This document shows, in pieces, positions 10,051-19,600 of a DNA stretch of 64,000 nt. Made by a program: the position numbers and the translations under genes. Origin of the DNA: an uncultured Gemmataceae bacterium (lineage in GTDB: Bacteria; Planctomycetota; Planctomycetia; Gemmatales; Gemmataceae); the NCBI GenBank assembly GCA_963750165.1, contig CAVVPN010000011.1, forward strand, positions 2,048,001 to 2,112,000, in the 5' to 3' direction. The notes below the pieces were generated by a model. That model saw only the letters and a program-made list of their open reading frames with translations. It ran no database searches and was not told where the DNA came from. Each line of letters begins with the position of its first letter. Within the stretch, counting starts at the first letter, position 1.

Positions 10051-13000
10051 TCACCAGCGGAAGAACCGATACGGGTCGTCCCATTCCTCCGGCACGTCGA
10101 GGTAAAGGCCGGTCAGCCAGCGCCGCTCGGACTGTGTTGCCGGCACCGGAGTGCGAAAGCGCTCCAGGACCGGCGTGGCGCTGGGCACCCCCAGGTTGGC
10201 AGTTAACCGGGTGGCGAGGCACGCGATCCGCCGAAACGTGCGACGCAGGTTCATCTGCGTTTTGTGCTCGAACTGCCAGGGGGCGAGCTGGCAGAAGATC
10301 GTGCCGTCGGCCCCGGCCGCCAGGACGCCGTTGCCGACCGGCGCGGCGCCGCCGGTGACCAGCGCAACGGAACGCGGGTCACGGTTGTGAACGTCAGCCG
10401 GGGCGACGCCGGCGAACAGCGAATATACGCCCGGCGGTTCAAAGAACGCGGCGATGTGCTCCTGTTTCTTCGTCGTGACCTTGCCGGGAAGGAATGCCTG
10501 CGCCTCGCCCTGGTCCAGCCCGAACGCCAGCACCCGGCCGCCCGCTTTCAACCAGGCACCGAGCGCCGCGCGGTCGCCGGCCAACTTCGCCCCGCCGCCG
10601 GGGCCGACGATCAACACCTGGTCACCCTGCAATTTGTCTTTGGCGTAAGCGCCGAGCGTGAAGCCGGCGGCTTCGAGATGGCGCTTGCCCGCCGGGTCGC
10701 CGGCGTACAGGGCCGAACGCATCGGCCGCGGCTTCCAGGCAGCCACGTATTGAACCAGGTTGCGCGCCAGCCGCTCGGCCGCCGGGTCGCTTTCGGTGCG
10801 CCCGGTCACGTCCAGCTGGCAGAAGAGCACCACCCCCCGGCCTTCGCGGTACTCCAGCAGCGGGCTGTATTGCAGCGCGTAGCCACCATCGACGACCGCC
10901 AGAAAATCGCCGCGGGCCGGCTTCTCGATCAGCACGGAAGCGACGTTGCCCCGACAGCCGCAGCGCCAGAGGTGGGGCACGTCGATACCGCACCATTGCA
11001 CCGTCGGGCCGTGCCGGGGCCGCATGGTGTAGGTGAGCTGCGGCGGCAGCAGCGTCGCCGCGCCGCGCCAGTCGTGCAGGTGGTCCGCCTTCAGCCCCGC
11101 CAGCAGCGGATGATCGGGCACACGCGGGAACACGTTGCGCAAGCCGTACTCCGTGACGCGGAAACCGAACCGCTGCTCCAGCACCTGCGCCGTCTGCTCG
11201 AAGACGATCACTTTCAGGCCGTCGCGCACCCGATCAACGTTCGGCCCCGGCCCGTCGGGCGTCAGCGCCTCCTTGCCGACGATGAGCACGTCAAATTTGG
11301 CGAGGTCGGTTTTGGCGTCCACTTGCTCGCATTTGAGTCCCAGGCCGGCGAGCAACCTGGCCGTGTGCCCCCGCGGATCGAACAGCGCCACCCGCGCCCG
11401 ACCTGCGGGCCGGCAGGTCGCGGCAACACGTCGATGGTAAACGCATCGGTCTGCGTCTCGCCGGTGCCGAAACGGACCGTCGCCTTGATTGGGTACTGGC
11501 CGGCCGGCAATTTCTTCGGCAAAGCGAAGCGGAGGGGAATGCGTTCCTGCTCGCCGGTCGGCACGGAGATTTTCCTGGTGCCGGCCACTGGCTTGGGCAA
11601 ACCGCAGGACCATTCGCAGACACACTTCACAGTTTGCCGTGAATTGTTGATGATGATGAGCTGCTTCTCGACGGTTTCGCCGGGGAAGAAGTTATGGCCC
11701 TTGCCCGTGAATTCCCCGACCTTGCCGCCGAGGTAGGCGAGCAGCGGCCGGTTGTTGCGGTAGAGGGCTTCCGCCGCGGCGGTGGGCACCCAGTCGGACG
11801 CCGCGTAGTCGGTGGTCATCTGCCCCGGCTGGCGCTGCGTGTAATCGGGACTGAAGCCCGGCTTCTGGAGTTGGTCCCAATCGACCTTGAACACCGTCCG
11901 GCCCTGGTTCGCGCCGTCCTTCCGCTTCCAGAAGACGTGATACTCCCACGGCGAATTGGCCGAGAGGCCCCAGGTGCGATGGGCACGCCAGTTGTCGGTG
12001 AGATACTGGGCGAAGATCGGTTGCCGTTCGTCGAAGTCGCGTGCCCCGACCTGGTGCGGGTAGTCCCAGCGGTGCCAGAGATTGCCCTTTTTGAACTGGG
12101 CCGCCTCAAAGCGGAGGTTCTGCTTCTCGCGCTCGCTGATCCGGTAAGCCTGGTCGCCGAGGAACTGCGCGTTCCACTCGGCCAGGCAGAATTCCCACGG
12201 CACCTTCGCGCTGCCGAACGAGCGCTCCCCTTTGTACCAGCCGCGGTACATGGTCCAGTCCCAGGAGAACGGCACGCCGTACTCGCACAGGAAGACCGGT
12301 TTGACTCCTTTCGTCGCCCAGTGCTCGAACCAGTCGGACATTTCCTGGACCGGCACGAAGTTGGCGTAGAAGTTGACGGTGTGCATCGAACCGAGGTTGC
12401 CCGAGGAGTGGTGGTAGACGATTCGGCCGGGGTCGAGCGCACGCACAATGGCCTCCGCCTTGAGGGCCAGGCCTGCGTTGTTACGCGACCAGGTGTCGCC
12501 CGCGCGGGTCGTCGCGGCCGTCCATCCGGTGCGGGTTCATGTCCTCGCCGTAGCCCGTGGCGTTGTGGCTCATCGCATAGGCCACAACCGCCGGGTGATT
12601 CTGGGCCGCGCGCACGTAGAACGCCGCGTGCCGGGCGTAGCCGTTCTTTTGTTCGGGATTCGGCATTTTCCAGTCATAATGGCCGAAGTGCGGCTGCGAG
12701 AACGCGACCAGCATACCGGCGTCGTCCGCGGCGCGCAGGATGTCCGTGAAGCTCACGTGCGTGCCGGGCTGACAACCGTAGTTGTGCGTGTAGACGAAAT
12801 TGATGCCGAAGCTTTTGAGACGTTTCAGGGTTTCACGGGCGGCTGCATAGGTGGCCGTGCGCGCCCCGATCTGGGCGTTGTCCAGCGGCACCGCCGAGAG
12901 GAAGATGCGGGTGCCGTTGAGGTAAAAATCCTTGCCGTTGATCCAGAACTCGCGGAAGCCGAAACGCACCGGATACGCGGCGTCCATCAGCTTGCCGCCG

Positions 13001-13974
13001 CCGTCCACCAGTGCCACCTCGGCCGTCAACTGATGTTGCGGAGTGTGGAGATCCCAGAGTTTTTTGGGCCGCCACTGCTCCGTGACGCTGACGCGGCCGG
13101 CCGTCAGTTCGCCGGCCTGGAACGGCTTGCTCGTGAACTCGCGAACGCTCTTGCCGTCCTCCCGAATCGTAACCCGCAGAGCGTACCGTCCCTTCGCCGC
13201 GAGGCCGTCGAGCGCGGCGCTGACGGCCAGCGTGCCCTTGCGCACCGAGGTGTCCACCTTCACGTCGGTGACGCGCGCGGCGGGCGTGCTGGTGAGGAAC
13301 ACGTCGCCGCACAGGCCGCGCCGCTCCACCTGGCCCTTGACCTCGCGGGCGGAGTTCGTGTCGTTGTAGGAGAGCAGGACGCCCTTGAGCGGCAGGGCGT
13401 CCACGCGCAGGCTGAGGAGATACTTGCCGCCGGGCTGGCATGCGTTGGAAAGATCGACCTCCGCGGCGGGGAAGCGGACCTCACCGGCTTTCTTGCCGTT
13501 CACGTACACGATGGCGAACGAATTCACGTACTCGACGTGCAGGGCGATGCGCCGGCCGGTCCAGTCCTTGGGGACCGTGATCGTGCGCTGATACCAGCCG
13601 GCGGTGAGGCCGCGCACATCGGCCGCTTTCCAGGCCGGGTGGGCGAACAGGGTCTGGCAATCTTCCTGAATGTAGTTGGCCTTCCCCGGCCAGAACGCGG
13701 GCACCTTGAAGAAGCCCCAGGCGCCGTCGGGCGGCGCCTCGTTGCCGGCCCTGGCGGGCTGGAAGCGCCAGAGGCCGTTCAGGCACATGCGTTCGCGGGT
13801 GGGCGACCGGTCGCGGTGGGCCTTATCGACATCCCAGACCGCCTTGACGCCGGGCGGAAGCGGCACGTCCGGTGTCCTGGGTTGTTGCGCTCCCGAGGAG
13901 CCGGACAAGGCGTGGGCGGCCAGGAAGCACAAAAAGGCATTCAACCATAGCGATCGGTAAATGGTCCACATCAT
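10051..13974 (-). CDS. Secreted glycoside hydrolase family 2-like protein, broken by two frameshifts (~12500 and ~11400)
   Basis: Three ORFs join: LNGLWRF...GWYQRTITVPKDW.GRRIALH...VYVNGK (GH2 N domain), RFGFREFWINGKDFYLNG, NHPAVVAY, KPVFLCEYG, then C-terminal GATase-like parts. Frames join at PRG/DTWSRNN and PQVG/ARVALFDP. GAGGT RBS before MMWT at 13974. Confidence 0.8.
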
Positions 13975-14111
13975 GATAACCTCGAACGTGCGGTGGTCTC
14001 CTGATTCGGGGCGTTCCTTGCCCCGGCGCCTCGTGCGCGGCTGGTTCGAGCGGATCGCGCCTGGGGGTGGGATGGCGGGCACAGCCTGACCAGCAGGGGC
14101 CTGCGCTGTCG

Positions 14112-14275
14112 CAGCAAGGGAGCCAAGGGAGCCAATGTTTTCACACGTCGAGATGCGGCGCCCTGGCCCTGTACGGCTGGCACGGCGCGACAACCACCGG
14201 CGGCGGTTGCCACAGCAAGGGGGCCAAGGGGGCCAAGGGGGCCAGCTTTTTCATACGTCGAGATTCGCGCCTGGC
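14112..14275. repeat. Imperfect ~55-60 bp intergenic direct repeat with 9-bp GCCAAGGG(G/A) subunits
   Basis: cagcaagggagccaagggagccaatgttttcacacgtcgagat (14112) versus cagcaagggggccaagggggccaagggggccagctttttcatacgtcgagat (14213). Confidence 0.6.
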
Positions 14276-14350
14276 AGCGGTGCGCGCCGCTGCCAGGACG
14301 GCTCGGGAGCGCCGGCCTGCCGTTCGTGGTTCACGCAACTGCGAACCGCG

Positions 14351-15112
14351 CTAGATAACAGGCTTCAGAGACCTGCCGCGATTCCGGCGCACAAGGCCGG
14401 TCACGATCAGCAAAGCGCCCCCGATGCTCGCCAGGACCAGCGCGGACGGGGTCGGGACCACGGGACCGCCGCCACCGGGGCCCGGAAACGCCTGCTGGCT
14501 GTTAGTGAACGCCACGGAAGATTGCTCGGTCGTGGGAAATTCGTTTGGCATTCCGTCGAAGAGAAAGGTGAAATGCCCTCCCGGATCAGCCGCAGAGGTG
14601 TATCCGTCCACCGGGTTGTTGTCGGCACCCGTAATATCGATGTTGTACGAACTCGAGGTCGTAATCGGAAGGTAGGACAGGTCGTAGGTCAGCGTGCCCA
14701 CGTCATAAGATCCTGCGGCAAGACCAAATTGGAACGGGTAGTTTTTTCCGGTAACCGGGTTCACATTCGGCGTGTCAGAAACCTGAAACAACGAGCCAAA
14801 TTGCTGCGTTGTCCAACCTCCCTGACTGGATGACTGCAAGACGGTCGAGTTCAGGTTAAAGCTCCATGCGCCATAGTCACCGTTCGGCGACAGCACGAGA
14901 CTACTGGCGCTCACGTCGATTCCGAAAGTCGATGCCTGGAAGCCCGTATCGGCCGGGGTGGTGCTGAACGTGAGATACACCTCGAAGCTGACCGTGTTCC
15001 CCGAGACGGCTGCCGTCCCGAGGGAGAAGGTGGCAAGACCGGCCGCGCAAGGCTGAACCCCACACAGCACGCCTATGACGGCAGCGCACCAAAGCAAGAT
15101 GGAGGAACGCAT
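14351..15112 (-). CDS. PEP-CTERM-type (VPTP variant) exosortase-sorted surface protein
   Basis: Signal peptide MRSSILLWCAAVIGVLCGVQPCAA; C-terminal VVPTPSALVLASIGGALLIVTGLVRRNRGR (PxP motif, TM, basic tail). Confidence 0.8.
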   Translation of the reverse strand: MRSSILLWCAAVIGVLCGVQPCAAGLATFSLGTAAVSGNTVSFEVYLTFSTTPADTGFQASTFGIDVSASSLVLSPNGDYGAWSFNLNSTVLQSSSQGGWTTQQFGSLFQVSDTPNVNPVTGKNYPFQFGLAAGSYDVGTLTYDLSYLPITTSSSYNIDITGADNNPVDGYTSAADPGGHFTFLFDGMPNEFPTTEQSSVAFTNSQQAFPGPGGGGPVVPTPSALVLASIGGALLIVTGLVRRNRGRSLKPVI

Positions 15113-15441
15113 GACTCATGCTCCGTGGGCGTTAAACAGAAGGATACCGCCAGTTGGACCCGTCGCCTATCTCCGGGAAGTAGTATGTTCACAGCTTGGA
15201 CAGGCAATGTCAAGAAAATCCGACGGAGATTTGCCGTCAGTGTGCCGAGCGGCTGGCGCGTCGAGACGGGAGGCCCCCGCGCCGCCGGGCGAGTACCAGT
15301 CCGTCCGGGTTGGTTTCCTCCACCGGCCCGGTGAACCACGGACGTCCTGGCCTTCTTCACGATGCCGTCGTTGCAAAAACCGGACCGGGGAAACTCACGC
15401 CTCTGGTGGTACACGCCGGGTCCACTGCGGCTTTTGTGCTT

Positions 15442-15520
15442 AGGAGGCGCCGAACAACAACTTCGTAGGACGGCTCTCCAGAGCCGTCCTACTCTTGGAA
15501 GTTGTTGTTCGGCGCCTCCT
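15442..15520. repeat. Nested inverted repeat: perfect 23-bp outer arms enclosing a GTAG-initiated REP-like palindrome; may act as terminator or RNA stabiliser
   Basis: AGGAGGCGCCGAACAACAACTTC (15442-15464) pairs with GAAGTTGTTGTTCGGCGCCTCCT (15498-15520). Inner GTAGGACGGCTCT-CC-AGAGCCGTCCTAC spans 15465-15492. Confidence 0.85.
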
Positions 15521-16164
15521 TATGAAAACCACACCTGGCCGAACAGGTTTTTTCCTACGGAAGCCCGTCGTACTTCCTCGATCCCCGCAGCAGAAGAGTC
15601 CTTCCTGAGTGCGTTCACGTCTCGATCTTGTTGCTGCAGCTCCTGTTCGATGAGTTCACGCACTGCCGCAATCTCGGAGGGGTCAGGGCCGCTCTCCTCC
15701 TTGAGATCGTTCAGGAGGACGCCGTGTTCATCCAGCAATAGTTCAAGAAGGTCGAAGTTCCTGCCCGAGAGGAGATGTGCATAGCCAACGGCCCGCTTTT
15801 CAACTGCGCCAAGCAGATCCACGATTGCGGTTGCGATGGTATGAGCGACTGCGGACGATGGACCTCCAGTATCTTCTACTTCCGGCTCTCCCGCTGCCGA
15901 CGAAATGAGTAGCTGCCGGAAAGGCGTTAGCGACTCGGTAACAGACAGAGACGTGTCATTTAGCACGTGCTGCCAGGCGGCATCCAAATCGAGACGAAGT
16001 TTACCCTGCCAATCGACCATCCACGGCACACTCCGCACGGCTCGTTGAAAAACGGGCCATTGTCGTTCGGTGCAGGCCAAGGCAAAGGCAAAGGCGGCAT
16101 TGGCACCCATCCCAGCCAGCGCACGTTCAACATCTTTCAGGTGTTGAACAATTCTCTTGAACAT
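15520..16164 (-). CDS. Candidate cognate immunity protein (helical, DUF416/YjaG-like N-terminus)
   Basis: 214 aa. Starts 3 nt after the toxin stop, with a GGAGGAGG RBS inside the toxin 3' end. FAFALACTERQWPVFQR resembles DUF416-like proteins. Acidic, and visibly lower in GC than the giant gene body. Confidence 0.7.
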   Translation of the reverse strand: MFKRIVQHLKDVERALAGMGANAAFAFALACTERQWPVFQRAVRSVPWMVDWQGKLRLDLDAAWQHVLNDTSLSVTESLTPFRQLLISSAAGEPEVEDTGGPSSAVAHTIATAIVDLLGAVEKRAVGYAHLLSGRNFDLLELLLDEHGVLLNDLKEESGPDPSEIAAVRELIEQELQQQDRDVNALRKDSSAAGIEEVRRASVGKNLFGQVWFS

Positions 16165-16167
16165 GTC

Positions 16168-16600
16168 TCAGCCTCCTCCGATGGGCCTGGTAATTTGCCC
16201 GTGGACAGATTCTGTTCCCGTGATGTTGATGACTCCTGCTGCGTTCTGCCGAGCCTCGCATGCGGTGCAGGCGTAGTGGGTACACGCCTGCCGTGCCCCT
16301 TGTGCTTCACTTCCCAGGTATTGAATAGCACGAGCTTCGGCGTGGTTTCCCGCCAATCCAGCGGCATTGCCTCCTGTCGTCCCCCTGACGAACTCCACAC
16401 CCTCGCCGAAAATCTCGGTAGCCCTGGCACGGGCCAGAACGCCAGGAACTTGTCGGGCCTGGCTCACGACCACTCGACCCGTTGGAGTGACCGTGACGGC
16501 GATCGGAACACCGGTTACTCCGTTCGCCCCGAAAGCGGCGTTGTGGATGCTGTCGGTGGCGGCCTGGAGTTCTGCATTGGTCCACTGGAAGGGTGTTCGT
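16168..16600 (-). other. C-terminal deaminase-like toxin domain (HxE...CxxC)
   Basis: WTNAELQAATDSIHNAAFG...PIAVTVTPTGRVVVS...GNHAEARAIQYLG...THYACTACEARQNAAGV; His codon at 16344-16342, Cys codons at ~16269 and ~16260. Confidence 0.75.
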
Positions 16601-19600
16601 ACTGCTGGAGCAGCATTCCCCGCGGCAGCTCCCCCCTCGGCAGTCTGCAGCGCCCCCCGTTCGGCGGCGCCCGGCAGTTGCGCCCCTTCCCCGGCCGCCC
16701 GTTCGGCGGCGCCCGGCAGTTGCGCCCTTCTTGCGCCGCCGCCTGCTCGACAGCGGCTGGCACTTGCGCCCCTTCCTGCGCCGCCGCCCGCTCGACGGCG
16801 CCTGGCAGCTGCGCCCCTTCCTGCGCCACCGCCTGCTCACCGGCCCCGACCACTTGCGCCCCTTCCTGCGCCACCGCCCGCTCACCGGCCCCGACCACTT
16901 GCGTCCCTTCCTGCGCCACCGCCCGCTCCACCGCCGGCAGTTCGCTGCTCACCGCCGCCGCCACCGTCGGCCGGGCCACCGCGCTCGCTTCCGAGGTGAC
17001 GGCGGCCGTTTCACTGCTCACGGTCGCCACCTCCGCCGTGGCCGTGGCGGCCCTGGCGGAGGCTCGCGCGGACGCGATCCCGATGCCGGTCAGGCCGACC
17101 AGGTCGATCCCAACGTCCACTACCGTAGCGGCCGTGTCGCTGCCAGTCGCGGCTCTGGTGATATCGTAGGTCAGCGTATGCGTCTGCTCACCGGAGATCA
17201 ACTGGCGGAGGCCCGCCTGCGCGTCGTCGATGCCCTTGAGGGCAACCGCCCCGCCGAAGAAGATGCCCACGCCGGTTTCCGCCGTGACCGCGGCGAAGGT
17301 CACTCCGGCGAAGGTCTGCATCACCCCCCCGACGAATTGCATGGCGCCGAAGACACGCGTAAAGAAGGTGCCGAACGGGTTCCCCCCCTGGGGTTGATTC
17401 TGGAAGTTGTTAAAGTTGATCCCGCTGTGGACGACGAGACGGTAGGACTCGCCGGAGTCGGTGGAGTCGTTGTGAACCAGCACCGCCGCGCCGCTCTCCG
17501 GCAGCACGACGAAGTAAGTGTGGTGCGCCTCGACGTGCAGGTTGTAGACCGGCTCCACGTCGCCGTTGGCGAACAGGTCCGTCAGCACGGCCCAGCTGGC
17601 GTCCGGCGTCCTCAGTTCGTCGCCGATGCGCAGGTCGGCCGCCATGACCCAGCCGCGGCCGCGGACATAGAACGGGTGGCGGTAGGTTGCCCGCACCACG
17701 TCGGCGCCGACGTGCAGCGTCAGGAGCTGGGCCGGCGCGTTGTGGAACGCCCGCGCCACCCGACACGGCTCCGGCGCCGCCAGCGGGTCACCGTCCGGCG
17801 CCGCCAGCACCAGGTCGCCCGCCTGCACCTCCTCGATCCGCTTCGCGCCGCCGTCCGCCATCAGCACCAGTGTTCCGGCGGCGAAGCAGTACTGGTAGAC
17901 GAGTTGGTCGCCCATCCCCGCGAAGGCGTCCAGCGACGCCGCGCCAGCGAGAGACCACCCACTGCCCAGATCGCCCAGGCTCGCCGCCACCGAGTCGCGC
18001 GTCAGGGCGTTGGAAAGCGATCCGGACCCGGGTTGAGATTGCGCGGCGATCTGCGTGACCGTCGCCGACCACGGCGCCGCCACGCCGCCCCCCGTCGGGA
18101 TGGTTGGCCCGCTGCCCCAAACCAGGGGCGCGCCGACCGGCGCGAAGTCGAGGCTGCCCGTCGTGCCCGTCCCCTGGTTGCTCGTCTCGACGTAGTGCTC
18201 CAGCAGATCGTAGCGCGAGTTGCCCGAGGCGGTTTGGGTCAGGGCGCCGTCGAGGTAGTTGCCGCCTTGCGCCAGACTGAGCGAGGTGCTCCCCGTGGTT
18301 GCGACCGTGTTCCCGCCGCGCGTCTCGGAGCGGTTGTAGTTGCCGTTCACCGAAGTGGTCCGGGTGAAACCGCCCGTCTGGGTGTTGCTCGACTCCACGA
18401 CGGTCGATCCGTCGGTCCCGGTCACCGTCACCGAGTAGGCGCCGCCCGAGTCGGTCCCGGTCTGGGCGAGCGAATACACGTCGCTGCCGTTGGTGGTCGT
18501 TTGGTAGCTGCCGCTGATGGTGTCTTGCGACTCGGTGGACGTGTAGGTGTTCGTGCCGCTGCCCACCAGGTGGTAGGGGTTCAATCCCGCAGTCAGGTCC
18601 TGCGTGAACGAGTAAGTGTCCGTGCCGGTGGTGTTGACGCTGTTGGTGCCCGTGACGGTGTTGCCCGTGCTCGTCGCGTGGCTGACGTCGGTCGAGGTGC
18701 CCGCATAGGTGAACGGCCCAGACCCGCCGGTCCCGCTCTGGGTCACGGCGGTCGTCGTCGTCGTGTCCATCGTGTTCGACCCCGACCCCGTCACGCTGTT
18801 GCCGCTGACGCTCGACGAAGAATCGACCGTGGTGACGACGTGAACGGTGAACGAGGTCGTGAGGTCATTGCTCGCCGACGATTGGTCGTCGGTCACCGTC
18901 GAAGTGCCGGACGACGTACCGGTGTACGCGCCGGTCAGGTTGTTCCCGGAGTTCGATTGACTCTCCGAGTCGCTCGTCGTCTCCGTCAGAGTGAAGTTGC
19001 CCGTCGGGACGCCGGTGACGGCGCGCGTCGTCGTGCCGTCGTCGGTCGTCTGCACGGCGCTGGTGAAGTCCCCGGTGACGTTGTTGCCCGAGCCGGTGGA
19101 GGTGTCCGTGGTCGTCGTGGTCGAGTTCAGGGTGTAGGGGTTGCCGCGGTTGCCGGTCTCGCTGTCCGTGGTCGTCGTGCTGTCGCTCCCGGTGCTGGTG
19201 TAAGCGCCGGTGACCGTGTTCTCCGTTTGCTGCTGCGTCGAGTTGCTGGTGGTGGTGTCGGTGCTCGTGTCGCTGCCGTCGCTGTAGGTGGTGCTCTGCG
19301 TCACCACGTCGCTGTCGTTCGTCGTCTGCGAACTGGTCATCGCCCCGGTCAGGGTGTTGCCGGACGACTGCGAGTTCGTCGTCGCGGTGTCGGTCTCGGT
19401 GCTCGTGTAACTGCGAGTATCGATCGTCCCCGTTTGCGTGTGGGTCGTGGTCTGGGTCTGGGTGGCCGTCTGGCTGTCGGCGCCGGTGATGCTATTGCCC
19501 GACTCGGTCCCCGACGAGGTGGTGGTGACGGTGTTGGTGTCGGTCAGGTTCTCGCCGGTGTTCGTCTCCTGCCACGACGAGCTGAGGGTGTCGGTGCCGG

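Noticed and set aside
13975..14193. N-terminal extension of the GH2 ORF to 14193
   Set aside because: RBS and signal-peptide-like sequence support the start at 13974; the extension covers an intergenic repeat.
16515..16725. ORF-track C-terminus GRNCRAPPNG...RTE of the 4462-aa ORF
   Set aside because: Out-of-frame reading after the missing G; the alternative frame continues the 14-aa repeat and reaches the deaminase motif.
16655..16940. CRISPR array
   Set aside because: Contiguous in-frame coding repeats without unique spacers; no cas genes in the window.
17469..17888. Mobile intein with homing endonuclease
   Set aside because: Only 140 aa, no endonuclease insert, Asp at +1 and pre-toxin context.
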